Positions 28,679 through 37,727 of a stretch of DNA of 64,000 bases are shown here, piece by piece. Within the stretch, counting starts at the first letter, position 1. Each line of letters begins with the position of its first letter. Under the pieces are notes generated by a model, which was given only the letters and a program-made list of their open reading frames with translations, was not told where the DNA came from and searched no databases. The translations under genes were made by a program, and so were the position numbers. This stretch comes from a virus (lineage: Duplodnaviria; Heunggongvirae; Uroviricota; Caudoviricetes), in IMG/VR virus record IMGVR_UViG_3300031760_000008, positions 12,337 through 76,336 of that record; one strand, written 5' to 3'.

Positions 28679-29053
28679 TTAACATTGCTTAATTATAGCA
28701 TTGGTATATCTTCTTAATAATTCAGTCATATTTTTTCTACCTACAGGATTAGATGTATGTATTCTAAATTCATTACAAGGTATATTATTTTCTATAATAT
28801 ATTTACAAACATCATATCCAGTTTTTTCTTCTCCTAAATCATGATCTAAACATATTATATCATATCTAAATCTATGTAATTCATGAATAGCTTCATTATA
28901 AGATCTAGCTATAAATGTATGATATTCTCCTATATAATTATTAGGAATTCCTCTTAAATCATCTATCCATAATAAATATTTTTTAGGTTCTTTTCTTTTA
29001 GCTAAATGATCTTCATACCATTTCATAGCAAAATAATTATCAAAATTACTCAT
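28679..29053 (-). CDS. receiver (CheY-like) domain-like protein
   Basis: 'LLWIDD', 'DIICLDHDLGEEKTGYDVCKYI', 'FRIHTSNP' resemble REC-domain acidic pocket, phospho-Asp and Thr positions. Confidence 0.4.
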   Translation of the reverse strand: MSNFDNYFAMKWYEDHLAKRKEPKKYLLWIDDLRGIPNNYIGEYHTFIARSYNEAIHELHRFRYDIICLDHDLGEEKTGYDVCKYIIENNIPCNEFRIHTSNPVGRKNMTELLRRYTNAIIKQC

Positions 29054-29615
29054 CTTGAATTATATCTCCTTTTTCACGGTCTCCAAATTTCCATTCAGCG
29101 TTTACATAGCCCTTTTCTACTTTAACATCTATACCTATTATATTAAATAATATAGCACTATCTGATTCTAAAAATTCTTTTATTTGTTTATATACTTTAT
29201 TCTGTTTTTGCATCAATAAACAATCTTGAACCTGCATATCATCAGCTACTTCCATTATAGTTTTACCATATTTTATAGCTTCTTTTTTATTTGAAAAAAT
29301 ATAATCTTCTTTTACATCACAGAATTTATAAGGTTCATCTAATTTATTATATGAAATTCTATATGTTTTTACTCTTCTAGAACTATATGTAAAAATTCGT
29401 CCTTGTAATACTTCTAACTTATCTAAAGATCTATTATAATGTAAAAACCATATAGCATCTCTGATTTTATATTTAGTTTTAGACTCACATTCATTACATA
29501 ACCAACCTGCTACATAATTGCTCATATCAGAATATTCATCTTCTTCTCTACCACAATAAACACATTTCTTATCAAAATAACCATAACATTTACCTAATTT
29601 TAATGGATTACTCAT
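29046..29615 (-). CDS. zinc-ribbon protein
   Basis: 'CVYCG...CNEC'. Confidence 0.45.
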   Translation of the reverse strand: MSNPLKLGKCYGYFDKKCVYCGREEDEYSDMSNYVAGWLCNECESKTKYKIRDAIWFLHYNRSLDKLEVLQGRIFTYSSRRVKTYRISYNKLDEPYKFCDVKEDYIFSNKKEAIKYGKTIMEVADDMQVQDCLLMQKQNKVYKQIKEFLESDSAILFNIIGIDVKVEKGYVNAEWKFGDREKGDIIQDE

Positions 29616-29624
29616 TTTTATTAC

Positions 29625-29924
29625 CTATCCTATTCCAAATCCTACTTGATTTTTATATTGTTCTGGTTTTTCTTCCATTTTAACATATTCTTCATTTAAG
29701 TCATCCCATTTATACCAAACAGGATCTTGATCATATTGATATAATCCTTCTTCAACATTTTCTATAACAGCATAATCATAACAAGTTTCCCATATATCAC
29801 AAGCATTGTCTAATACTGCTTCTTCTGCTTTTTCAAATGTTGAATAATATCCTACACATCTTGTATCTCTATCTTTTGAATCAACTGTTGTAATAAAATA
29901 CATATTACTTACCTCCATACCCAC
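29625..29924 (-). CDS. hypothetical acidic Trp/Tyr-rich protein
   Basis: 99 aa ORF. Confidence 0.4.
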   Translation of the reverse strand: MGMEVSNMYFITTVDSKDRDTRCVGYYSTFEKAEEAVLDNACDIWETCYDYAVIENVEEGLYQYDQDPVWYKWDDLNEEYVKMEEKPEQYKNQVGFGIG

Positions 29925-30234
29925 ATAAATCTAAAAATCCAATAAGATCTAAATCTTTATATTCTTTTTTCTCTTTCCAAAACCATTGCATAAAATCATC
30001 ATGATTTATTAATTTTTCAGAATCACATAAACCTTTAAAACATAAACAAACATATGTATTAAGATGCTGAAAAATTCTACCTATGTAGTCAGGTATATTA
30101 GATTCAGATAAAAAAGATGACATATTCTTTTCAAATAATAAAGTATCTTTTCTGATATCTTCTATTATGTCAATAATTGCTAATCTTTCTTCTATAAAAT
30201 CATCTCTTGTTAACATATCTATATCTACCCCCAT
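29905..30234 (-). CDS. hypothetical protein
   Basis: 109 aa ORF. Confidence 0.4.
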   Translation of the reverse strand: MGVDIDMLTRDDFIEERLAIIDIIEDIRKDTLLFEKNMSSFLSESNIPDYIGRIFQHLNTYVCLCFKGLCDSEKLINHDDFMQWFWKEKKEYKDLDLIGFLDLCGYGGK

Positions 30235-30322
30235 ATAAATAAAATGTAAGAGGTTTTAATTTTATTTTCAACGCAGGTTCCTCTTCTTTATACTGACGCA
30301 TATCTAGGCGCTACCTAGCCTC

Positions 30323-30397
30323 TGGCTCCCTTGGATAGGTTCGAACTACCATTCCAGGAATCAAAATCCTGTATCCTACCAGTTAGATGACAAGGGA
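30323..30397 (-). tRNA. tRNA-Gln (anticodon TTG), CCA encoded
   Basis: Hand-folded cloverleaf: acceptor TCCCTTG/CAAGGGA, anticodon stem CAGGA/TCCTG with loop TTTTGAT, T-arm GGTAG-TTCGAAC-CTATC, discriminator G, 3' CCA. Confidence 0.65.
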
Positions 30398-30401
30398 ATA
30401 T

Positions 30402-30923
30402 TTAATCTAAATGTTTCCAGTTTATATTTTTAATTATATTTCTAATTTGTATTCTTGAAACATCATATCTTTTAGCTAAAGCATTAAAACTATTATTTTT
30501 ATCATAAGGAATATATGAAGCTCTAATTTCTTTTATATCTTTTTCAGACAATTTATGCATACCATTATCTTCTCCATAAGGTTTTAACAAATTATGTTCA
30601 ATTGCATGTTGAGTATTGTAAGAATCACTACACCATTCTAAATTATCACTATAATTATTTAATTTATTTCCATCTTTATGATTAATTGTTTTATATTTAA
30701 AAGGATTAGATATAAATGTACAAGCTACCGCTACATGAACTCCTAGATTTATAGCCTTTCCATTTATTTTAGTTACAAATCGATAATAACCGTTTTTATT
30801 TATTACAAATTTTATAAATCTATTAGTTCTTTTACTAAATATTCTTCCTTTATTAGATATATTAAAATATTTAGAATAATCTTTATCTCTATATATCATA
30901 CCTTTCCATAGCTCTTCTTGCAT
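30402..30923 (-). CDS. HNH homing endonuclease (NUMOD4/HNH_3 type with C-terminal HTH)
   Basis: 'NKGRIFS...NGYYRF', 'HKDGNKLNNYSDNLEW' HNH_3 signature; 5 nt from tRNA-Gln. Confidence 0.7.
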   Translation of the reverse strand: MQEELWKGMIYRDKDYSKYFNISNKGRIFSKRTNRFIKFVINKNGYYRFVTKINGKAINLGVHVAVACTFISNPFKYKTINHKDGNKLNNYSDNLEWCSDSYNTQHAIEHNLLKPYGEDNGMHKLSEKDIKEIRASYIPYDKNNSFNALAKRYDVSRIQIRNIIKNINWKHLD

Positions 30924-31147
30924 ATATCTACCTCATTTTTAAATATAAGCATGAGTAGGCATTGACTCGTACATGCGTCCACATATTATCGCACTTAATA
31001 GGTTGTTTACCGACCTACTCATATATTTGAGCAATTTTTTCTGTTAACGGATAGTTACTCTTCTATCTTACTATAGAATGATTTGACCCTAGTTGCCGTG
31101 ATAATCATTAAAAACCGGCCAGGAAGTAAAGATGCTATAGTCATCTC

Positions 31148-31221
31148 TTGGAGGTACAGATTGGAATCGAACCAATGATCGAGCTTTTGCAGAGCTTTGT
31201 CTTGCCACTTGACTACTGTAC
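31148..31221 (-). tRNA. tRNA-Cys (anticodon GCA), CCA encoded
   Basis: Acceptor GGTACAG/CTGTACC, anticodon loop CTGCAAA, T-arm TGGTTCGATTCCA, discriminator T as in Cys tRNAs. Confidence 0.7.
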
Positions 31222-31255
31222 CATATATCAGAGAGTATCTCTACTCTCTATTTGA

Positions 31256-32743
31256 CTATAATTCTTTTGGTTTTGTTAAATCTTCTTTTTTATCTTCAAC
31301 AGGTTTTGCTCCTAGTTTACCTACAGCATATCCTGCTACTATTGATTTTAAATCTACTCCTAAACTATCTTGAGCTACTTTTAATATCTTATCTATTTTT
31401 TGAGTTCCACTTTCTATTAATTGAGTTGATTGATCTCCATACATTGTAATTGAATCTACATTTGATAATGGAGTAGATACTTCTTTAGCTATATCAGGAA
31501 GTTTATTTATAATCATTTCTACTACTGAAGCTTGTTGCATTTTAGCTTGTGCTTCTGCTTTCTTTTCGATACCTTTTGCTTCTGCAATACCTTTTGCTTC
31601 AATACCAGCTGCTTCAGCTTCTAATTTTGCTTTTATACCATCAGCCTCTGCTACTGCTTTAGCCCTTATAGCTTGAGCTTCTAATTCTGCTGCTTCTTTA
31701 TTAGCTTTTGCTATTTCTATTTTAGCTTGAGCTTCTTGTTTTGCTTTTTCTAGATCAGCTTGAGCATTTTGTATTGTAACTTGTTTTTGAGCTTCTGCAT
31801 TAATTTCTGCTTTATATTTATCTGCATCAGCTTGTTTTCTAACTTCTGCATCTAATTGTTTTTCTCTTAAAGCTACTTCTTTTTCTTTTAATTCTGTTTC
31901 TTTTTCTGTTTTAGCTATTTCAGCAAGAACTGTGTTTTCATTTATAAGCTTTTGTCTTTCAGCTTTTTGTATTTCATAAATAGTATCAGCTTCTGCTTTT
32001 TTCTTATCTTGTTCAATTTGATATTCATATTGTTTTAAAGCTAACTCTTTATTTTGTTTTGCTATTTCAGCTTCTGATGCTGCTTTAGCTTCATTACCTT
32101 CTCTAGCTGCAGCTGCTTGTGCTACTTGAACATCTCTTTCAGCTTGGGCTTTTGCTATTTTAGCATCTTTTTGAATCTTTGATAAATTATCAATACCTAA
32201 ATCATTAATAGCATTATTCTCATCTGTACAAGATTGTACATTTAAGTTTACTATTTCTAATCCTATTGCTTTAATATCGTCTTTAGCATTTTCTTGAATT
32301 TTAGTTGAAAATAATTGTTTGTTATTAACTAAATCTTTAAGATTCATTTGACCAATTATTTCTCTCATGTTACCTTCAAGAACTTGTTGAACATTTCTTG
32401 CAATATATTCAGGATTTTGATTTAGGAAATGTCTTGCAGCTACCTGTATTAATTCAGGATTGTTAGGTATTCTAACATTTGCTACAGCATCTACATCTAC
32501 ATTAATAAAATCAGATGTAGGAACTCTTGATGTCTTAACATCAATTTGAATTAACTCTAAAGTTAATTTATCCACTCTCTCAAAGAATGGGATTCTTAAT
32601 GTTGCTTTACCTATTATTACTCTAGGTTCTTTTTTAAGACCTGATATTAAATATACCATATCTGGTGGACATTTAACATAGCTCATGAAAATTAAACCTA
32701 TCAGCAATATTACAGCAACAGCGATAATGATTGCTAATACCAT
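31256..32743 (-). CDS. SPFH/band-7 flotillin-like membrane protein
   Basis: N-terminal TM (LAIIIAVAVILLIGLIFM), SPFH-like core (..GKATLRIPFFERVDKLTLE..IQID..), then ~250 aa Ala/Glu/Lys/Gln coiled coil (AKAQAERDVQVAQAAAAREGNEAKAA...) typical of flotillin. Confidence 0.75.
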   Translation of the reverse strand: MVLAIIIAVAVILLIGLIFMSYVKCPPDMVYLISGLKKEPRVIIGKATLRIPFFERVDKLTLELIQIDVKTSRVPTSDFINVDVDAVANVRIPNNPELIQVAARHFLNQNPEYIARNVQQVLEGNMREIIGQMNLKDLVNNKQLFSTKIQENAKDDIKAIGLEIVNLNVQSCTDENNAINDLGIDNLSKIQKDAKIAKAQAERDVQVAQAAAAREGNEAKAASEAEIAKQNKELALKQYEYQIEQDKKKAEADTIYEIQKAERQKLINENTVLAEIAKTEKETELKEKEVALREKQLDAEVRKQADADKYKAEINAEAQKQVTIQNAQADLEKAKQEAQAKIEIAKANKEAAELEAQAIRAKAVAEADGIKAKLEAEAAGIEAKGIAEAKGIEKKAEAQAKMQQASVVEMIINKLPDIAKEVSTPLSNVDSITMYGDQSTQLIESGTQKIDKILKVAQDSLGVDLKSIVAGYAVGKLGAKPVEDKKEDLTKPKEL

Positions 32744-32919
32744 TTATCTCTACCTCCAAATAAATAATATTTGCTAGTCTCTCCTAGCAGTCACGTTGCT
32801 ACTTAATGTACTTCTTGCTCAACACAACGTTTGAACGAGACAAAGTTGCCGTGTACACCTGACCTGTAGAAATATCTGAGTTTCACTACAGAGAGGACTC
32901 AAACGCTCATACCTCATAC

Positions 32920-32993
32920 TGGCAGGAGTGGTAAGAATTGAACTCACATTAACGGTTTTGGAGACCGTAGTCCTACCATTGAACGACACTCCT
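32920..32993 (-). tRNA. tRNA-Trp (anticodon CCA), CCA encoded
   Basis: Acceptor AGGAGTG/CACTCCT, anticodon arm ACGGT-CTCCAAA-ACCGT identical to classic Trp arm, T-arm GTGAG-TTCAATT-CTTAC. Confidence 0.8.
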
Positions 32994-33071
32994 ATTTAAT
33001 TTCGTCAAAACACAAGATAGTTTCAAATGTAATGACGAAATATTAAGACTATTTTTCTTCCTTTAGGAAGA

Positions 33072-33158
33072 TGGTGGAGAAGGTGTGAATCGAACACACT
33101 CAGCCTTACGACAACAGTTTTACAGACTGCCCTGACTCTCCTACTTCAGCGCTTCTCC
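33072..33158 (-). tRNA. tRNA-Tyr (anticodon GTA), long variable arm, CCA encoded
   Basis: Acceptor GGAGAAG/CTTCTCC, D-stem CTGA/TCAG, anticodon loop CTGTAAA, T-arm GTGTG-TTCGATT-CACAC, discriminator A. Confidence 0.75.
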
Positions 33159-33164
33159 ATATAT

Positions 33165-33255
33165 TGGCACTAGGACTGGGATTTGAACCCAGGAGCCGCT
33201 CATCACGACTGCATGTTTTCAAGACATGTGCTTTCAACCGCTCAGCCATCCTAGC
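33165..33255 (-). tRNA. tRNA-Ser (anticodon TGA), long variable arm, CCA encoded
   Basis: Acceptor GCTAGGA/TCCTAGT (G-U top pair), anticodon stem CATGT/ACATG loop CTTGAAA, T-arm CTGGG-TTCAAAT-CCCAG, discriminator G. Confidence 0.7.
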
Positions 33256-33258
33256 ATA

Positions 33259-33795
33259 TTAATCAAATTTATATCTTTTATAAGTAACTATATTATATAT
33301 AGTACTATGAGCTACATTATACATATCTGCTATTTCTTGAATAGACTTACCTTCTTTATATAATCTTCTTATATTTAGGATATCTTCTTTAGTAAATTTC
33401 GTATTAGAATTATTACATCCATTTTGATCTGAATATAAACCATCTTTAGCTGCTTTTTCTGAATTTCCTTTAGGTGTCATCCAATGTAAATTAGTATCTC
33501 TATTATCAGATTTATTATTATTTTCATGATCTACAACGGTTTTATTTATAGGATCGTCATTATCTTTAAATGTCCAAGCTACACATCTATGTATAGGAAC
33601 AGTTAAACTATAATGTTTTCCATCATTATATTTACTTATAGTAACTCTTAAATAACCTTTTTTATCCATATGAGGTTTTCTTATTAATCCAGTTTCTTTA
33701 TTTCTAAAATGTCCAAAATTAGATATTTCGTAACCTTCTATTTCTTTTCCGTTTAATATAGCTTGCTTATATATTTCTTTTTTCAATATAATCAC
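33259..33795 (-). CDS. HNH homing endonuclease (NUMOD4/HNH_3 with C-terminal HTH)
   Basis: 'EISNFGHFRN..GYLRVTIS', 'DHENNNKSDNRDTNLHW', C-terminal 'SIQEIADMYNVAHSTIYNIV'; 4 nt from tRNA-Ser. Confidence 0.7.
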   Translation of the reverse strand: MIILKKEIYKQAILNGKEIEGYEISNFGHFRNKETGLIRKPHMDKKGYLRVTISKYNDGKHYSLTVPIHRCVAWTFKDNDDPINKTVVDHENNNKSDNRDTNLHWMTPKGNSEKAAKDGLYSDQNGCNNSNTKFTKEDILNIRRLYKEGKSIQEIADMYNVAHSTIYNIVTYKRYKFD

Positions 33796-33813
33796 CTATA
33801 TTATTATAACAAG

Positions 33814-34386
33814 TTATTTATCTTTTAATAAATCAGTACCTTTTATTTCATTACCATTTTCATCATATACATTAAAGAAGTTAAGTAAATCTAATCTATT
33901 CATTAATTTTAAAAACATTATTAGTTTTTCAGAATCTACTCCTCCTTTTGGATCTAAACAACTATTAAAAGCATATAACAAAATAATATTATAATCATTA
34001 TAAATTAAATCATCAAAAGTACCACATTTTCTATCTTTATGTAATGTAGAATTCCAAGAAGTTCTTTTTTCATACATATCTCTTCTCTTTTTCCAATCTT
34101 TATGATTACACATAAAGTCTTTACATACAAAAGGTCTAACAGGATATATATTACATTTTTTATTTTTACTATCATAGAAACAACATTGAGCTATAAGTTG
34201 ATTTTCATTAATAATTCTATTAGTAGGTTTAATATTATTTACTTTCACATAATCTTTTATTAATCTTAATTCTTCATCAGTGAATGGAATAAATAATCCA
34301 CAACAAGATCCACATCTACTACATTCACCATTACATGTCATATCATTTATTACTCCAGGTTTTGCTTCATTTTTATTAATTAACAT
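33814..34386 (-). CDS. YkgJ-family putative zinc/iron-chelating (CxxCxxCC) protein
   Basis: 'CNGECSRCGSCCG' and 'CCFYDSKNKKCNIYPVRPFVCKDFMC' match YkgJ/UPF0153 pattern. Confidence 0.6.
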   Translation of the reverse strand: MLINKNEAKPGVINDMTCNGECSRCGSCCGLFIPFTDEELRLIKDYVKVNNIKPTNRIINENQLIAQCCFYDSKNKKCNIYPVRPFVCKDFMCNHKDWKKRRDMYEKRTSWNSTLHKDRKCGTFDDLIYNDYNIILLYAFNSCLDPKGGVDSEKLIMFLKLMNRLDLLNFFNVYDENGNEIKGTDLLKDK

Positions 34387-34568
34387 TTTATTACTCCTTA
34401 TATCTACCAGTTTCTACATCTATATATAATTGTCTTAATTCTTCATTATCCATATCATCTGAATGAGGTATATTATGATCTCTTAACCAACATTCTAATG
34501 TTCTTCTTTCATTTTCATATCCAGGTAAAGACCATAATTCAGCATTTTCACTCATAAAGTCAACTCCT

Positions 34569-34901
34569 TTAAATTTTAGTTATTATAGGACAATATCTAG
34601 TTTGATAATTAATTTTATACATATTATTAATATAAATAGCTTTAAGATTACCTGTCCTAGTATAATCTTCTTTTAATTCATTTATTTCTATATTTAAAAT
34701 AGTTTTATCTAACTCATCTCTATAAGTAAGATAAGGATTATAAGTGTCTTCATTTACTTTTTTAATAGCTCTATCATATTCTTTTTGAAACTTATCTATA
34801 ATAAGTTGAGGTGCTTGTAATTCTTTTAATTTAACTATTCCATTTTCTTTTTCTTTTAATTTTTCTTTATGTTGATTTGTTAATAAATCTTTAATAGTCA
34901 T
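34569..34901 (-). CDS. hypothetical protein
   Basis: 110 aa ORF. Confidence 0.4.
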   Translation of the reverse strand: MTIKDLLTNQHKEKLKEKENGIVKLKELQAPQLIIDKFQKEYDRAIKKVNEDTYNPYLTYRDELDKTILNIEINELKEDYTRTGNLKAIYINNMYKINYQTRYCPIITKI

Positions 34902-34970
34902 AATAAATACCTCCTACATATCTATTATAACATATTTTTTAAAAATATTAACGTGATTTATATAAATTTA

Positions 34971-35567
34971 TTAATCTTCTTCAGATGAAAAGTATATATC
35001 TTGTTTATCCATTTCTTCTTTTTCATATTTTCTTAACTTTTCTATTATATCATCATATATATTTACCATTACATTTGGATCTATTTCTTGATTCATTGTA
35101 GTATCTCTTCCTAGATATTTATACCAAGAAATTTTTAAATCTGGCATATTGGCTTTAGTTTTATCTACATAATAAATAAAATTATATTCTTGACAAATAT
35201 CATCATCCCAATTATATGCTTCTACTTTAAATACTCCAGGTAGTTCAAAAGAGTTTCCTGTATTACTAAAAGGAGAATCATAATCTTTTTGTTCTGTATT
35301 ATGCATGATTCTATTTAATTCATTATCAATACTATCAAGCAATGCTATTATATATCTAGGACATGTATAACTTTGAATATTATTTGGATTAAATATTATA
35401 GCTCCTAATTCTAAACCTTCTGGTTGTACTTCCATATATCTACCTCTTTTCTTGTATAGAGAGATGATATATCTCATCTCTCTATTTTCTTTTATAACTT
35501 TTATACCAATCAATAATAGCTTCTTCTTTGGTTTCATTATATCTAGATTTCCAACTAGATACTCCAT
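34971..35567 (-). CDS. hypothetical protein (true start probably internal Met near 35435)
   Basis: N-terminal 44 aa of ORF overlap the next gene in another frame; 'MEVQPEGLE' with RBS is more plausible start. Confidence 0.4.
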   Translation of the reverse strand: MEYLVGNLDIMKPKKKLLLIGIKVIKENREMRYIISLYKKRGRYMEVQPEGLELGAIIFNPNNIQSYTCPRYIIALLDSIDNELNRIMHNTEQKDYDSPFSNTGNSFELPGVFKVEAYNWDDDICQEYNFIYYVDKTKANMPDLKISWYKYLGRDTTMNQEIDPNVMVNIYDDIIEKLRKYEKEEMDKQDIYFSSEED

Positions 35568-35814
35568 TTACTATTTCTTTTTGGTCTTTTTCCCAATCAT
35601 CAATAGCATCTTGTTTAGTTTGATAAGATTTATATTCCCAAAGATCCCAACTATCTAATCCAAATCTTTCATAATCTTTTCCATTACCTACATCAAGATT
35701 TGTATCTTTTAGTTTTCTTCTGATCTTTCTGTTATTATATTTCTTACCATCTTTTAAAGATCTTCCCCATAGATTATCTCTAAACTGAGGAAATTTTTTA
35801 TAACTTCTACTCAT
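35482..35814 (-). CDS. basic Trp/Lys-rich small protein
   Basis: 110 aa ORF with RBS ggaggtg upstream. Confidence 0.4.
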   Translation of the reverse strand: MSRSYKKFPQFRDNLWGRSLKDGKKYNNRKIRRKLKDTNLDVGNGKDYERFGLDSWDLWEYKSYQTKQDAIDDWEKDQKEIVNGVSSWKSRYNETKEEAIIDWYKSYKRK

Positions 35815-35902
35815 TATTGAGTCACCTCCTTAGGCACTAAGCCCTAGAAGACGTTTTGTAAGATAATCATAATTACCTCCTCCTTATTATTTATAACATA
35901 TT

Positions 35903-35993
35903 TGGCGTCATAGGTAAGATTCGAACTTACGGATCCTTTTATAGATCGATGCGTTAGCAGTGCATTGGTTTAAACCACTCACCCACTATGACA
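35903..35993 (-). tRNA. tRNA-Ser (anticodon GCT), long variable arm, CCA encoded
   Basis: Acceptor GTCATAG/CTATGAC, anticodon loop CTGCTAA, T-arm GTAAG-TTCGAAT-CTTAC, discriminator G; one mismatch at inner anticodon-stem pair. Confidence 0.6.
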
Positions 35994-35996
35994 TAT

Positions 35997-36073
35997 TGGT
36001 CTGATAGGCTGGATTTGAACCAGCGGTCCCTTCATCCCAAATGAAGTGCGTTACCAAGCTACGCTACTACCAG
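35997..36073 (-). tRNA. tRNA-Pro (anticodon TGG), CCA encoded
   Basis: Acceptor CTGGTAG/CTATCAG (one G-U), D-stem GCGT/ACGC, anticodon stem CTTCA/TGAAG loop TTTGGGA, T-arm GCTGG-TTCAAAT-CCAGC. Confidence 0.75.
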
Positions 36074-36396
36074 ATATAAAAATAGAGTATGATCATAGTG
36101 ATTAGACCATACTCTATTTTGTTGCCTGATTTCATATTTATAGAAAGAATGACTAATTACTATTACTTGATATTCAAGTTCACTGAAGAAACCATACTAG
36201 ATTGTACGGGCCAATTTTGATATGAACTTGTACAAGAATTTAATTTCTTCATAGTAATCAATCTCTCCTCTCTATTATTATTTTACTAACATAAAAATAG
36301 AAATACGGAAATTTATATATCTCATCGGAATTAACCTTGGCAATCGGATATTTTGGATAAAATATTTTTTATATCCGTATTTCTGTCGATATTATA

Positions 36397-37122
36397 TTAT
36401 AAATCTTCTTTATTGTCAACCTGATTTCTATAGATATTACAAATTTCATTTATTTTATATGACATATCAAGTAAGAATTTAGATAATTCTTGGTCTTCCA
36501 TATTAACTAATTTAATTAAAGGAATAGGAAGAATTTCTATAATATCATCTTTCTTTTGTTTTAATTCTTTTTCTTTTTTATCTCTTTCAGATACTACTTT
36601 ATACCAATTAGTATATATTCTACTATGTTCTTCTTTCTTATCTATATCTACTCCTAAATATTTAATAATATCTTTTAATATTCGTAATTCTGCAAAATGT
36701 TCTTCTAAATTATCACAGCATCCTTGACAATTATCTAACATCATATCTAGGTCCATATATCTAAATTCTAATTCTTCTCTTATTTTATTTTTAGCTTGTT
36801 CATCTAATATATCTTCTTTTTTAGTTTTATCTCCTTTAGGATTATCTAATATTTTTAGTTCTAAATTAATTAAATCAATATCATTATAAATACTTACTAA
36901 AGGTTCATCATCTTCATTTATAAAATTACCTGAATTAAAATCATATTCATAAATATAACCTTTAGGATCAGTAACAAATAAAGGAGATTTTATTTTATTT
37001 TCTTTTATTAGTTTTAGTAACTCTAACCATTTATAAGTATTCTTATTACCTTGTACAGATTTTATCATAATTGTAAACGGATCTGTTTCAGGACCAAAAT
37101 TAATCCCACCGATATCACTCAC
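36397..37122 (-). CDS. hypothetical protein (241 aa)
   Basis: ORF with Cys cluster 'CQGCCDNLEEHF'. Confidence 0.4.
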   Translation of the reverse strand: MSDIGGINFGPETDPFTIMIKSVQGNKNTYKWLELLKLIKENKIKSPLFVTDPKGYIYEYDFNSGNFINEDDEPLVSIYNDIDLINLELKILDNPKGDKTKKEDILDEQAKNKIREELEFRYMDLDMMLDNCQGCCDNLEEHFAELRILKDIIKYLGVDIDKKEEHSRIYTNWYKVVSERDKKEKELKQKKDDIIEILPIPLIKLVNMEDQELSKFLLDMSYKINEICNIYRNQVDNKEDL

Positions 37123-37346
37123 ATTAATCCCTCTTTTCTAAAATAATCATCAAAATTATTAAATTGATCTTTATCTATAATACAAAAAGCAATTTCATTA
37201 GGTAATAAAGTAGTAATAACATAATCTACTCCATAGAAATTAATATCTTTTAATATATTTAAACTAACTTTATTACTATTAATATATACTCTCTTTTCTT
37301 TAACTTTTTCTATTTTAGATAATGATTCTTCTAATTGTTTAATCAT
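37119..37346 (-). CDS. hypothetical small protein
   Basis: 75 aa ORF, 4-nt overlap with downstream gene. Confidence 0.35.
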   Translation of the reverse strand: MIKQLEESLSKIEKVKEKRVYINSNKVSLNILKDINFYGVDYVITTLLPNEIAFCIIDKDQFNNFDDYFRKEGLM

Positions 37347-37376
37347 ATTATATGATTTACCGATATCCTCTTCCTC

Positions 37377-37727
37377 CTAAGATTCTTGCCATGTTCTAAA
37401 CTCCTTAATTTGTTCTAATAAATGATCACAATCTCCATCAAAACAAATTGCTCTATCATCTACATAACACATAGCAGGTGGTTTATCAGAGTAAATACCA
37501 TCTACATATATTATATATTTATCTAACCAAGCTTGAATTGCCTTTTTACCTTCTTCTGTTCTAGATCTAGTACTCATTATTACTACTTCATAGCCAGCAT
37601 TTCTTAAATGATCTATAACTTGTTTAATACCTATAACAGGTCCATCATATATAGAACCATCATGCCAACCTTTTGAATATCTATGTACTACTCCGTCAAA
37701 ATCAAACACTATTCTTCTTTTACTCAT
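37377..37727 (-). CDS. HAD-superfamily phosphatase, 5'(3')-deoxyribonucleotidase-like
   Basis: N-terminal 'IVFDFDGVV' DxDG motif, small size typical of NT5C-like enzymes. Confidence 0.55.
   Translation of the reverse strand: MSKRRIVFDFDGVVHRYSKGWHDGSIYDGPVIGIKQVIDHLRNAGYEVVIMSTRSRTEEGKKAIQAWLDKYIIYVDGIYSDKPPAMCYVDDRAICFDGDCDHLLEQIKEFRTWQES

Noticed and set aside
30940-31020. 9-bp inverted repeat ATGAGTAGG...CCTACTCAT flanking ~55 nt, considered as a tRNA or small RNA
   Set aside because: No T-arm, D-arm or anticodon structure can be built; more likely an upstream regulatory hairpin of the HNH gene. Left unannotated.
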